Source: Sedimentisphaerales bacterium (lineage in GTDB: Bacteria; Planctomycetota; Phycisphaerae; Sedimentisphaerales; SM23-30). Taken from it: a DNA stretch of 64,000 nt. Location of the stretch: the NCBI GenBank assembly GCA_963663805.2, contig CAXXMR010000019.1, positions 128,001 through 192,000 of the forward strand, written 5' to 3'. Both the position numbers and the translations under genes were made by a program. Below are positions 28,937-37,447 of the stretch, in pieces; position 1 is the stretch's first letter; each line of letters opens with the position of its first letter. The notes under the pieces are model-generated. The model was not told the DNA's origin. It worked only from the letters and a program-made list of their open reading frames with translations, and made no database searches.

Positions 28937-30727
28937 ATGTCGAAGAATATTTTACCGGAGATTACTTTGCGATTTGGGTTTGGGCATTTTCAAACTGACG
29001 GCAAGCTGGAAAATACTCTGGAGGCATTGGGTGAGATTGATGCTGAGGAGGTTTGTCTGGCACCGATTTCGGCGGAGCTGGACGGGATTTCGCTGGATGC
29101 GGTGGAGCTGGAAAAGCGTTTGGTGCGGACAGAGAAGGTTGTCGGTAAGCTCAGGCGGAAGAAGATCGCGGTTGATATTTCACTGCCGGGTTTTTGGGCT
29201 GATGCATCGCTGGCCGGCGATGGGGGGTATAATCTTCGGGCTTTGGCGAAGCGAGTGTTGGGCTGGAAAGTTCGCGGGGTTTATCTGGATGATTCGGCTA
29301 GTTGGAGCGAGAGTCAGTATTTCGATAGTGACGAGGTTCGCGGGAAAGTTCTGAGTTTGGCTAAGAGTCTGGGGAAAATATTCGGTAAGAGTGGTAAAGC
29401 GGGTTTGATCGCGGCGGCGGGCGGCAGTTATGAATGGTTTGGGCTGGATGTGGCTCAATTGGCGGGTGAGTTGGCCGGCGGTGGTAAGGTGGTTGTGCTG
29501 CAAAGTCAGCAATATTCGGAGGACTATGGTCGGGCAGCGATTCTGGGGGCTTGTTACGATGCTCAGGAGACGTCGGCCCGTAAGGCGGTTTGGCCTAAGA
29601 TTGGCTGGGGTGCTTTTATTGACCAGGCCGGCGGTTCACCTTTTCATAAGAGTGCCGAGACTACGCAGATGCAGATTACACTGAGTTTGCTGTGTGGCCA
29701 GGAGCGGGTGATGATCGACGCGGCGGATTTGACCGGTACGGCGATGGGGGATGAGAATCCTTATCTGAAGATTATTCAGAAGCGGCGTAAGTTGTGGGGT
29801 AAGCTGGCGGGCTTTAAGGGGCAGGATTATCGCTTTGAAGGTGTTCGGGTTGTGGGCGGTTCGGAATCGGCGGCGGGGTGGGTTAGTTTGCTGGAGCGGC
29901 TGGGTACTACAGTTCGGGTGGTGATGCCGGAGGATGTGGGTAAGTCGGAAGGTGATGGGCCTTATGTACTCAGTGGTGATTTGCCGGCTCGTTTGAGTTT
30001 GGCGCAGCTGAAGCATGTTCTGGGTATGGGAGTGCTGATGGATGGCCGAGCGGCTGAGGTGATTGGAAGGATGGGGCATGCGGGGCTGATTGGGGTTGAG
30101 GTTGCCGGAGCTCTGGATGATGTTCAATCGGAGATATTGTCTGACCAGAGTTTCGGGACGTTTTATTATGGGCATCGCTGTGTTTTCGCGGCTCCGGAAT
30201 TCAATAAGCTGGTGTCGATTCACGAGCGGGCCAAGACTATTACGTCTTTGTTGTGTCGGGGGAAACTGCCGAATCAGTTGGGGATGATGATATATGAGTC
30301 GGAGAAGGGGCGGCAACGTTGTGCGGTTGTCCCTTATAGTTTCAGGCAGCAGGCTCCGCGGGGGTTGTTGACGCTGGAGCGGCAGCGGCATTTAATAGAT
30401 GTTTTGCAGTGGCTGGGTCGGTGTCGGCTGGGTTACGTGGTGGAAAATACACCTGATTTGGTGCCGCTGGCGGTTCGGGTTAATGGGCGTAAGCGGATAA
30501 TTTTGATGTTGGTTAACGTCGGTTTTGACTGGGCGATTGATGCTCGGATTCGATTGGGGCATCTGCCGTTTACGATTAAGAAGGTTCGTGAGTTGGGTGA
30601 GGACGGCAAGGTTGATATTCCTGATGGTCTGGGTGTTTCTATGGCAGGGGATTACTGTTACCTTGAGCTGACGCCTGATACCGCTGTACCTCCTTTGCAG
30701 ACGACGGTTCTTTTGCTTGAGGGGTAA
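28937..30727 (+). CDS. Hypothetical protein (possibly degenerate carbohydrate-enzyme-like)
   Basis: ~600-aa ORF in the same orientation and codon style as its neighbours; no motif recognised with confidence. Confidence 0.6.
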   Translation: MSKNILPEITLRFGFGHFQTDGKLENTLEALGEIDAEEVCLAPISAELDGISLDAVELEKRLVRTEKVVGKLRRKKIAVDISLPGFWADASLAGDGGYNLRALAKRVLGWKVRGVYLDDSASWSESQYFDSDEVRGKVLSLAKSLGKIFGKSGKAGLIAAAGGSYEWFGLDVAQLAGELAGGGKVVVLQSQQYSEDYGRAAILGACYDAQETSARKAVWPKIGWGAFIDQAGGSPFHKSAETTQMQITLSLLCGQERVMIDAADLTGTAMGDENPYLKIIQKRRKLWGKLAGFKGQDYRFEGVRVVGGSESAAGWVSLLERLGTTVRVVMPEDVGKSEGDGPYVLSGDLPARLSLAQLKHVLGMGVLMDGRAAEVIGRMGHAGLIGVEVAGALDDVQSEILSDQSFGTFYYGHRCVFAAPEFNKLVSIHERAKTITSLLCRGKLPNQLGMMIYESEKGRQRCAVVPYSFRQQAPRGLLTLERQRHLIDVLQWLGRCRLGYVVENTPDLVPLAVRVNGRKRIILMLVNVGFDWAIDARIRLGHLPFTIKKVRELGEDGKVDIPDGLGVSMAGDYCYLELTPDTAVPPLQTTVLLLEG

Positions 30728-30823
30728 TCTTGCCGGAAATCCTTTGCCAAGCCGGACCGGAGCAGTTACAATCCCAATTCTTGCGTTGTTTTGGCGATAT
30801 TTCGCCGCATTGGAGTTGTTTAT

Positions 30824-31291
30824 ATGCAGTTGACCGACATTCTCAAGCCCGAATGCGTGGTGGTTCCCCTGAAAGCGATTGAAAAATACCAGGCAATCTC
30901 CGCGATGATCGATGTTTTAGCTGAGCAGGGCTGTATCAGTGATTATAAGGCTGTTTTTAAGGCGGTTACCGAGCGTGAATCGGTGCGGAGTACGGGGGTG
31001 GGCCAGGGCTTTGCTATCCCGCACGGCAAGACCCGGACGGTGAATAATCTGGTCATGGCGATTGGGAGGCTGGCTGAGCCTATCGATTTTGAGAGTATCG
31101 ATGGTCAGCCCGTTACGATAATTGTACTGCTGATTTCGCCAGCGGAGCAGACCGGTCCACATATTCAGGCGTTGGCTCGCATTAGCCGGATGATGACCGA
31201 TAAGCAGTTTCGGGATAGTCTCTGGAGTAGCCAGACTCCGGAAGAGTTTTATGGGCATATCGCCAGCCATGAACAAAAAGCCGTTAGCTGA
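30824..31291 (+). CDS. PTS system IIA component (nitrogen-regulatory/fructose type)
   Basis: RESVRSTGVGQGFAIPH, IDFESIDGQPV, HIQALARISR; GGAG RBS. Confidence 0.9.
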   Translation: MQLTDILKPECVVVPLKAIEKYQAISAMIDVLAEQGCISDYKAVFKAVTERESVRSTGVGQGFAIPHGKTRTVNNLVMAIGRLAEPIDFESIDGQPVTIIVLLISPAEQTGPHIQALARISRMMTDKQFRDSLWSSQTPEEFYGHIASHEQKAVS

Positions 31292-31534
31292 GCGTTTTTT
31301 TAAATTTTCGCGGGGGTAATCAAAGATTTTGGGTCGAATAATCCGAGATTGGCAAGTTATTTGTTCATAGAAGGTTATCTATCAGAATAATCTATATAAT
31401 CTTAACAATCGCTGTAATCGTTAGATATGGCACACCCACTCTAAGCGGATGGGCGGGTGTTATTGATTAGATTATCTAGTAGAAAAAAGGCAAAAAAACT
31501 AGACTTTAGGTCGAAAAATACCGTATTATATTAC

Positions 31535-31607
31535 AGAAGCGTTTATCTCCTTTCGCGGCGCTTCCGCCGATGGCTCGGTGCGTTCCTAGCTATCGGCGAT
31601 TTTTTTT
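31535..31607 (+). ncRNA. Candidate small RNA with anti-SD loop and intrinsic terminator
   Basis: TAGACT-18-TATTAT upstream; hairpin GAAGCG/CGCTTC with loop containing ATCTCCTTT; hairpin CGCCGATGGCT/AGCTATCGGCG followed by T8. Confidence 0.45.
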
Positions 31608-31616
31608 GCATCGCCA

Positions 31617-32180
31617 TTATACCGACCAGTCGGTTTTTGATTCATGATTGATTAAACTCTGTTTGATTTTTGTTCCTCCCGTACCGGAATATCCACCAAG
31701 TTTTCCGTGGGCGGCAGTGACTCTGTGGCAGGGGATTATGAGAGGCAGCGGGTTGGCGGCCAGGGCATTTCCGACGGCACGGGCAGCGTTTGGTCGATTG
31801 ATTTTTTGGGCAAGTTGGCCGTAGGTTAGAGTTTGGCCGGGCGGGATAGAACGACAGGTATCGAGGACTTCTATCGTAAATTCGCTGAGGTTTTGAAGGT
31901 CGGGCTTGAATGTAAAATCAAAAGATTTTCCCTGGAAATAGGCCTTAATCTGGGCTTGTAGGCAAGGCAGGAAATTTTGGATATTAACTGACCCAGGATA
32001 CAACCTCGCTATTTTGTTAATGATAGTGCGGGAGTTGGCTTGCGGGAGGAAAAGGCTGGTTATTCTGTTGTTGTGGCCGACGATACCGACAACGCCCCAG
32101 TCAGTTTGGAAAATGGCAAATCGCGGGGTGATTTTATTTTTGGTTAAAGATTTAGTTGTCACCGCTGAAACGACTATCAT
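31617..32180 (-). CDS. ogt: Methylated-DNA-protein-cysteine methyltransferase
   Basis: TYGQLA, AARAVGNA, IIPCHRV, LGGY. Confidence 0.92.
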   Translation of the reverse strand: MIVVSAVTTKSLTKNKITPRFAIFQTDWGVVGIVGHNNRITSLFLPQANSRTIINKIARLYPGSVNIQNFLPCLQAQIKAYFQGKSFDFTFKPDLQNLSEFTIEVLDTCRSIPPGQTLTYGQLAQKINRPNAARAVGNALAANPLPLIIPCHRVTAAHGKLGGYSGTGGTKIKQSLINHESKTDWSV

Positions 32181-32631
32181 CTGGGTCGGCCAAGGCGGTT
32201 AGAGGATCGAACGGCTTGTCCGCTGCGACTGCTCCGGCGGGCACTTCAGCGGAGAAGGTCTGACTGCCTCCAGCGGAACTTTCGGGATGGGAGGGGGAGA
32301 CCTTTTGAAAAGAAGGCGTTTCAATCTTGGCGGGGTGGCCGTTGAGCTGGAGGACGAACTGGATTGGACCGATGGCTACAATGTCGCCGGGGGCTATCTC
32401 GGCCTGTTGTTCGATACGTTTCTGGTTAAGGTAAGTGCCGTTGGAACTGCCCAAATCCTGAATGATGACCTTACCGTCTCGATTGACGATATTGCAGTGC
32501 TTGCGGGAGACCTGCATTACCGGGACGCGAATGTCGCATTCGGGGCGACGACCTACCAGGGTTATCCCCTCGTTCAAGTTGATTTGCCTGCGTTTGCCCT
32601 TGTCGGTAAAAGCCACCAGAGTTGCCGTCAT
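32152..32631 (-). CDS. FHA domain protein
   Basis: VGRRPECD, VSRKHC, DLGSSNGTYLN. Confidence 0.9.
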   Translation of the reverse strand: MTATLVAFTDKGKRRQINLNEGITLVGRRPECDIRVPVMQVSRKHCNIVNRDGKVIIQDLGSSNGTYLNQKRIEQQAEIAPGDIVAIGPIQFVLQLNGHPAKIETPSFQKVSPSHPESSAGGSQTFSAEVPAGAVAADKPFDPLTALADPDDSRFSGDN

Positions 32632-32747
32632 GATTCGCCCTTTCGCAACCTATTGCAAAACAAGTACTTAACGTGAAATGGGGTTTGAGTCCCATCATCG
32701 TACTTTGAAAGTATACCCGCAAACGTTTTCAAAATCAAGTTTAAGGA

Positions 32748-33788
32748 TTAAAAGAACCATTTGGCCAGCTTTAGTATGCCTTGTTTCCAGGGGACACGAT
32801 GAGAAATTCCGGAGGTGTTGGCGATGGCATCGAGATTTTCGATATACCATTCATAGTTGCGTACCAGGGCTTGCTGATTTGAATATTTTGGCGTGAAGTC
32901 GAGGATTTTTTCGGCTTTTTCGACCGAAACGAAAGATTCCTGACAAGCGGTTTCGTAGACCCATTTGTACAAGGGTGAAAGTTTGAAAAATTCGAGGATT
33001 TTCAGAGCCGTGATAACGGGGCCTGCGGGGAATGATTTAATTTTTTTGCCAAAGCCAGCCCGGTCCAGTACGGCCTGGAAATCCTGTTTCATGGTGGTGT
33101 ATTCTTTGGCACCGATGTTGAAGGTGTCGTTGGCGATGGATTCATCAAGGGTGGCGGCGAGGTAGGTTGCCGCGCAGAGGTCTTCGACATCGAGAAGCTG
33201 ATATCGGTTGTTGCCGCTGCCAATCATAGGGAATCCTTTGCCGTCTTTGGCCCAGTCATAGAACAGGGCGAACACTCCCAGGCGTTCAGGTCCGATAAAT
33301 GATTTTGGTCTTAATATGGGGACGCACATGCCTTTTTCGCGGTAACTGAGGCAGACTTTTTCGGCATCGATTTTGGCCTGGCCATAAGGGCCTACGCCGT
33401 CGAGCTTGTCATCTTCAAAAATGGGGTGATGGTCGGGGATGCCGTAAACGGCGGTCGAGGAAATATGAACGACTCGTTTAATGCCGGCAGCGTGAGAGGC
33501 TTCCATAATGTTGCCGGTTCCGTCAACGTCAGTGGTAAAAATATCTACCGGTTTGTAAAGCGGCAGGGCGGCGGCACAGTGGACAACAATGTCGGCGTTT
33601 TCGGTTGCTTCTTTGACTTTGGCCTTGTCGCGGATGTCGCCGCGGACGATGCGGACTTTGTTTTTGCAATCGGGGTAGTCGAACTCGGCGATGTCGAGTG
33701 AGGTTACATCATGGCCTTTATTAAGCAGATAACGGACAAGATTGATACCCAGAAAACCAGCGCCCCCGGTAATCATATAACGACTCAT
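32748..33788 (-). CDS. NAD-dependent epimerase/dehydratase
   Basis: TGGAGFLG, SSTAVYG, YGQAK. Confidence 0.9.
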   Translation of the reverse strand: MSRYMITGGAGFLGINLVRYLLNKGHDVTSLDIAEFDYPDCKNKVRIVRGDIRDKAKVKEATENADIVVHCAAALPLYKPVDIFTTDVDGTGNIMEASHAAGIKRVVHISSTAVYGIPDHHPIFEDDKLDGVGPYGQAKIDAEKVCLSYREKGMCVPILRPKSFIGPERLGVFALFYDWAKDGKGFPMIGSGNNRYQLLDVEDLCAATYLAATLDESIANDTFNIGAKEYTTMKQDFQAVLDRAGFGKKIKSFPAGPVITALKILEFFKLSPLYKWVYETACQESFVSVEKAEKILDFTPKYSNQQALVRNYEWYIENLDAIANTSGISHRVPWKQGILKLAKWFF

Positions 33789-33835
33789 ATCAATTCCTCT
33801 TGACGTTGGCTAGGAAGTTTTTATTATGATAAACT

Positions 33836-34750
33836 TCATCCGAAGATATTCAGGCGGCTGCCGTAGACGACTACAATCGCGGCGATGAGCAGCCAGATAA
33901 TCAGGTTTACGATAGTGTGTATGTCCCGTAATACTTCACGGGTGGGGTCTTCACCTTGCTGGTGGTGATAGATGATGTAGAGATAGCGGAACAGCCCGTA
34001 CATGACTGAGGGGACAGTCAGGAGCATGGCCCGGCTGCCGAAAACCGATATGGTGCGGTCGTCGATGGTGTATAGTATATAGCAGATAATCGTGAGGCTG
34101 GTGACCATGGAAATTACCTGGTCGAGGAAGCCTATGCTGTAATCCTTGAGGACCAGTCGCGAAGTGGGTTGGTCTGTGTCGCGGGAGATAAGTTCGGCAC
34201 GGCGCTTAGTAAAACCGAGAAAGACCGAAATCATGAAAGTACAGAGAAGCAGCCAATGGGAGGCTTCTACGTCAATCGCGACCGCTCCGCCGATAATTCT
34301 CAGCAGGAATCCTGCGGCGATGGTCATGACGTCGAAAATCGCGATGTGCTTGATGCCTAACGAGTAGGCGATATTCAAAATCGCATAGAGGATGATTGTC
34401 AGCAGGAAAAGTTTTCCCAGGAAGAATCCGGCCAGAATGCTCAGGGCGATGAGAGTGATACTCAAAACTCCGGCCCGGCTGGTACTCAGGGCACCGCGTG
34501 CGATGGGACGTAAGCGTTTGATAGGGTGTTGGCGGTCTTCGTTGAGGTCGCGCAGGTCGTTGATGATATATATGCCGCTGCTGAGCAGACAGAAGCTGAT
34601 AAATGCCAAAGCGGTTCTGAAGCAATCGCCGGGGTCGGTGAAACGGTTAGCGAAAAGCAGGGGTGCTATAACGAATCCGTTTTTAATCCACTGTGGACAG
34701 CGCATGGCCGCCAGCGTGATTTTAATTTGATTGTCAGGTTTATCTGTCAA
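33836..34750 (-). CDS. UbiA-family polyprenyl-phosphate phosphoribosyltransferase-like
   Basis: QWIKN, YIINDLRD..EDRQHPIKRLRPIA, KRRAEL, FRYL; start tentatively TTG 34750 to avoid overlap with galE. Confidence 0.85.
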   Translation of the reverse strand: MTDKPDNQIKITLAAMRCPQWIKNGFVIAPLLFANRFTDPGDCFRTALAFISFCLLSSGIYIINDLRDLNEDRQHPIKRLRPIARGALSTSRAGVLSITLIALSILAGFFLGKLFLLTIILYAILNIAYSLGIKHIAIFDVMTIAAGFLLRIIGGAVAIDVEASHWLLLCTFMISVFLGFTKRRAELISRDTDQPTSRLVLKDYSIGFLDQVISMVTSLTIICYILYTIDDRTISVFGSRAMLLTVPSVMYGLFRYLYIIYHHQQGEDPTREVLRDIHTIVNLIIWLLIAAIVVVYGSRLNIFG

Positions 34751-34767
34751 AGCGTTTACCGTATTTT

Positions 34768-35748
34768 TCAGGAGCCGTATCCGCGGGGATGATTTTGATG
34801 CCATTTCCAGGCGGATTCAACAATCTGTTCCAGATTTTCATATTTAGGCTGCCAACCCAGTTCGGTGCGGAGTCGTTCGGCCCCGGCTACCAGTCGGGCG
34901 CTGTCGCCGGCGCGACGGTCGACAATCTTTGTGGCGATTTCTTTGCCGACGACTTTTTCGGCAGTGCGGATGACTTCGAGGACGGAATTGCCTTTTCCTG
35001 TCCCTATATTATAGGTGGCACCCTTGCCGGACTCGGTGGCATCGATGGCGCGGCGGTGGGCATCGGCTAAATCGTCAACGTGAATATAGTCGCGAATACA
35101 AGTTCCGTCCGGGGTGTCATAATTGTCGCCAAAAACGTAAATTTCTTTGCGTTTGCCCAGCGGTACCTGAAGGACCAGCGGAATCAGGTGTGTTTCGGGT
35201 TCGTGAGCTTCGCCAAATTTGCCTTCCGGGTCAGCCCCCGAAGCATTGAAGTAACGCAGAATCGTATAGCCCAGCCCATAAGCACGGGAGAAATCCTGAA
35301 TGAGTCTTTCTACGGCGAATTTGCTGAAAGCATAGGGGCTGTCGGGATTCTTGGGAGAATCTTCGTTGAGCGGTTCTTCGGAAGGGGCGTAGACCGCAGC
35401 AGTGCTGGAAAAGAGAATTTTGCCAACCTGAGTGTCCTGCATACACTCAAGCAGAGTCTGGGAATTTACTATATTATTGCGGTAGTATTCCCGCGGCATT
35501 TCCACTGATTCACCCACAGCTATCCAGGAGGCGAAGTGCATGACGGCCTCAATCTGGCGATCCTTCATGGTCGCGGTGAGTTTTTCACGTTCAGCCAGGT
35601 CGCCTTCGACGAGAATATTGCTGGGTATGGATTGGCGGTGGCCCTTGCTGAGATTGTCGTAAACTGTGACGTCATGGCCGTTGGCGAGCAGACAGCGAAC
35701 TGCCGCACTGCCGACATATCCGGCTCCTCCGGTAGCTAAAATACGCAT
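34768..35748 (-). CDS. galE: UDP-glucose 4-epimerase
   Basis: TGGAGYVGS, VGESV, YAFSK, LRYFNASGA, ETHLIP, DGTCIRDYIHV. Confidence 0.95.
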   Translation of the reverse strand: MRILATGGAGYVGSAAVRCLLANGHDVTVYDNLSKGHRQSIPSNILVEGDLAEREKLTATMKDRQIEAVMHFASWIAVGESVEMPREYYRNNIVNSQTLLECMQDTQVGKILFSSTAAVYAPSEEPLNEDSPKNPDSPYAFSKFAVERLIQDFSRAYGLGYTILRYFNASGADPEGKFGEAHEPETHLIPLVLQVPLGKRKEIYVFGDNYDTPDGTCIRDYIHVDDLADAHRRAIDATESGKGATYNIGTGKGNSVLEVIRTAEKVVGKEIATKIVDRRAGDSARLVAGAERLRTELGWQPKYENLEQIVESAWKWHQNHPRGYGS

Positions 35749-35910
35749 TTACAAACCTTTACAAAAAATCTAACTGTCATTGCCAGTCGCTTCGCCCTGG
35801 GGACAGAAGCTATAAATACGAAAATAAAGTTTATAACCGTTATTCATTATCGAAACAATAGCCGGTCCGAGGCAAATTTTAGCGGGTTATGGCAGACCTT
35901 GTGATGACAC

Positions 35911-35939
35911 TTGCAATCGGGCCGCGATGCCACTACCAT
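35911..35939 (+). promoter_or_regulatory. Sigma70-like promoter for the transaldolase gene
   Basis: TTGCAA-17bp-TACCAT. Confidence 0.45.
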
Positions 35940-36007
35940 TGCCAGCGCGTTAGAGGGTCTTATCGTGAGGCCCAGGTAGGAGTACCTAAAATAAAGGAGT
36001 AATTCTT

Positions 36008-36934
36008 ATGTTTGGTATTTATCAAACAAAGCCCGATGTTCGTGCCCGTCGTGTCGCCGGGCCTGAAACTTATCCCACACCCGGAAAAAAACTGGCCCAT
36101 CCAGCCGCTCGTGCCCCGCGAATTTTCGCTGATACCGCTACAATCAGCGAAATCGAGCCGCTTTACCGGGCAGGGCTCATAAGTGGTATCACCACTAATC
36201 CCTCACTGTTGAAAAAGGCTGGTGCGTCCAGTTGGGAACATGCTTTGGAGATTTGCCGTGAGCTTATCAAGCTGGCAGCACCAAATCCGGTTAATCTGGA
36301 GCTTACCGAGCTTACCGAAAAGCCGATGATTGCCCAGGCCGAGAAGCTGGCAGCGATGGGTGAAAATGTTGTAATTAAAGTTCCAGTAGGCGGTTATGCC
36401 GCGGTTGACCCGTCTTATGACCCGCATACCGGGCTGAAGGTTATCAGAGCATTGTGGGAGCGGGATATTGTCGCCAATGCCACTTTGGTTTTCAATTCGA
36501 CTCAGGCTTTATGGGCGGCCAATGCCGGGGCTTGTTATGTAAGCCCGTTTTTGGGACGGCTGGCAGATTACGCTTATAAAAATGACCAGGTGGAACGTCA
36601 GCCGGGCAACGCGTTGTATCACATTGATGACCATAAGAACGCCAAGGGTGACCAGAATGTTTGCAATACCGAATATGTCGCTTGCGGCGGTAACCGTAAG
36701 GATATCGGCCCGCGGCTGATTCAGGAAATTTCGGTTATTTTCACAAATTACGATATTCAGACCCAAATTCTCGCGGCGAGCTTCCGTAATTTTACTCAAC
36801 TTTCCGAGTGTCTGCTGGCAGGTGCTGATATTCTGACCGTTCCAGCGGCGATATTGCGGGATGTGGCAGACCATCCGCTGACCAGCGAGGGTATGGTAAG
36901 GTTTTTCGAGGATTCCAAGGCGTTTGAAAAATAA
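36008..36934 (+). CDS. Transaldolase / fructose-6-phosphate aldolase family
   Basis: IFADTA, GITTNPSL, VVIKVP (Schiff-base Lys), NATLVF, YVSPFLGR, ILAASFR, HPLT. Confidence 0.88.
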   Translation: MFGIYQTKPDVRARRVAGPETYPTPGKKLAHPAARAPRIFADTATISEIEPLYRAGLISGITTNPSLLKKAGASSWEHALEICRELIKLAAPNPVNLELTELTEKPMIAQAEKLAAMGENVVIKVPVGGYAAVDPSYDPHTGLKVIRALWERDIVANATLVFNSTQALWAANAGACYVSPFLGRLADYAYKNDQVERQPGNALYHIDDHKNAKGDQNVCNTEYVACGGNRKDIGPRLIQEISVIFTNYDIQTQILAASFRNFTQLSECLLAGADILTVPAAILRDVADHPLTSEGMVRFFEDSKAFEK

Positions 36935-36958
36935 TTGAACGGAATATACCATTTTCAT

Positions 36959-37000
36959 AGGCCATCTTTGTCGCGAAAGGCGGAGATGGCCTTTTTTATT
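36959..37000 (+). terminator. Intrinsic terminator
   Basis: AGGCCATCT...AGATGGCCT stem followed by a T-tract. Confidence 0.8.
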
Positions 37001-37115
37001 TTGTTGGAGGCCGGGCAAACTTTTTGTTAGTTTTCGGCGTATCAAGGCTTATAATACAAAGACGCTTTCGTACTCACGTTGGAAAGAAAAACATTGTTTT
37101 CACAGGAGAATACAA

Positions 37116-37436
37116 ATGCTGGATATTTTACACAAAGCAGTTTATGCCGGGATAGGCCTGGCGGCTCTGACCGAAGAAAAAGCCCGTCAGATGGTTAAAG
37201 AGTTGGAAGAAAAAGGTGACATCTCCAAGGACGAAGGAAAAAAACTCGTTCAGGAATTAATTGATAAGGCCAAAGTTCATAAAAAGGATTTTGATGACTC
37301 GGTGAACAAGGAAGTCAAAAAGATTGTGGAAAAACTCAACCTGGTCAGCCGGGACGAATATGAGGAACTGCTGCGGCGGGTGGAAAAGCTGGAGCATCAG
37401 GGCAACAATGACAAGGACCAGTCTCTAAATTACTGA
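37116..37436 (+). CDS. Phasin-like / PHA-granule-associated family protein
   Basis: AGIGLAALTEEKA...KGDIS..EGK...LNLVSRDE..EL..RVEKLE; sits upstream of a UbiB-family kinase. Confidence 0.75.
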   Translation: MLDILHKAVYAGIGLAALTEEKARQMVKELEEKGDISKDEGKKLVQELIDKAKVHKKDFDDSVNKEVKKIVEKLNLVSRDEYEELLRRVEKLEHQGNNDKDQSLNY

Positions 37437-37447
37437 GTTTAATCCGA

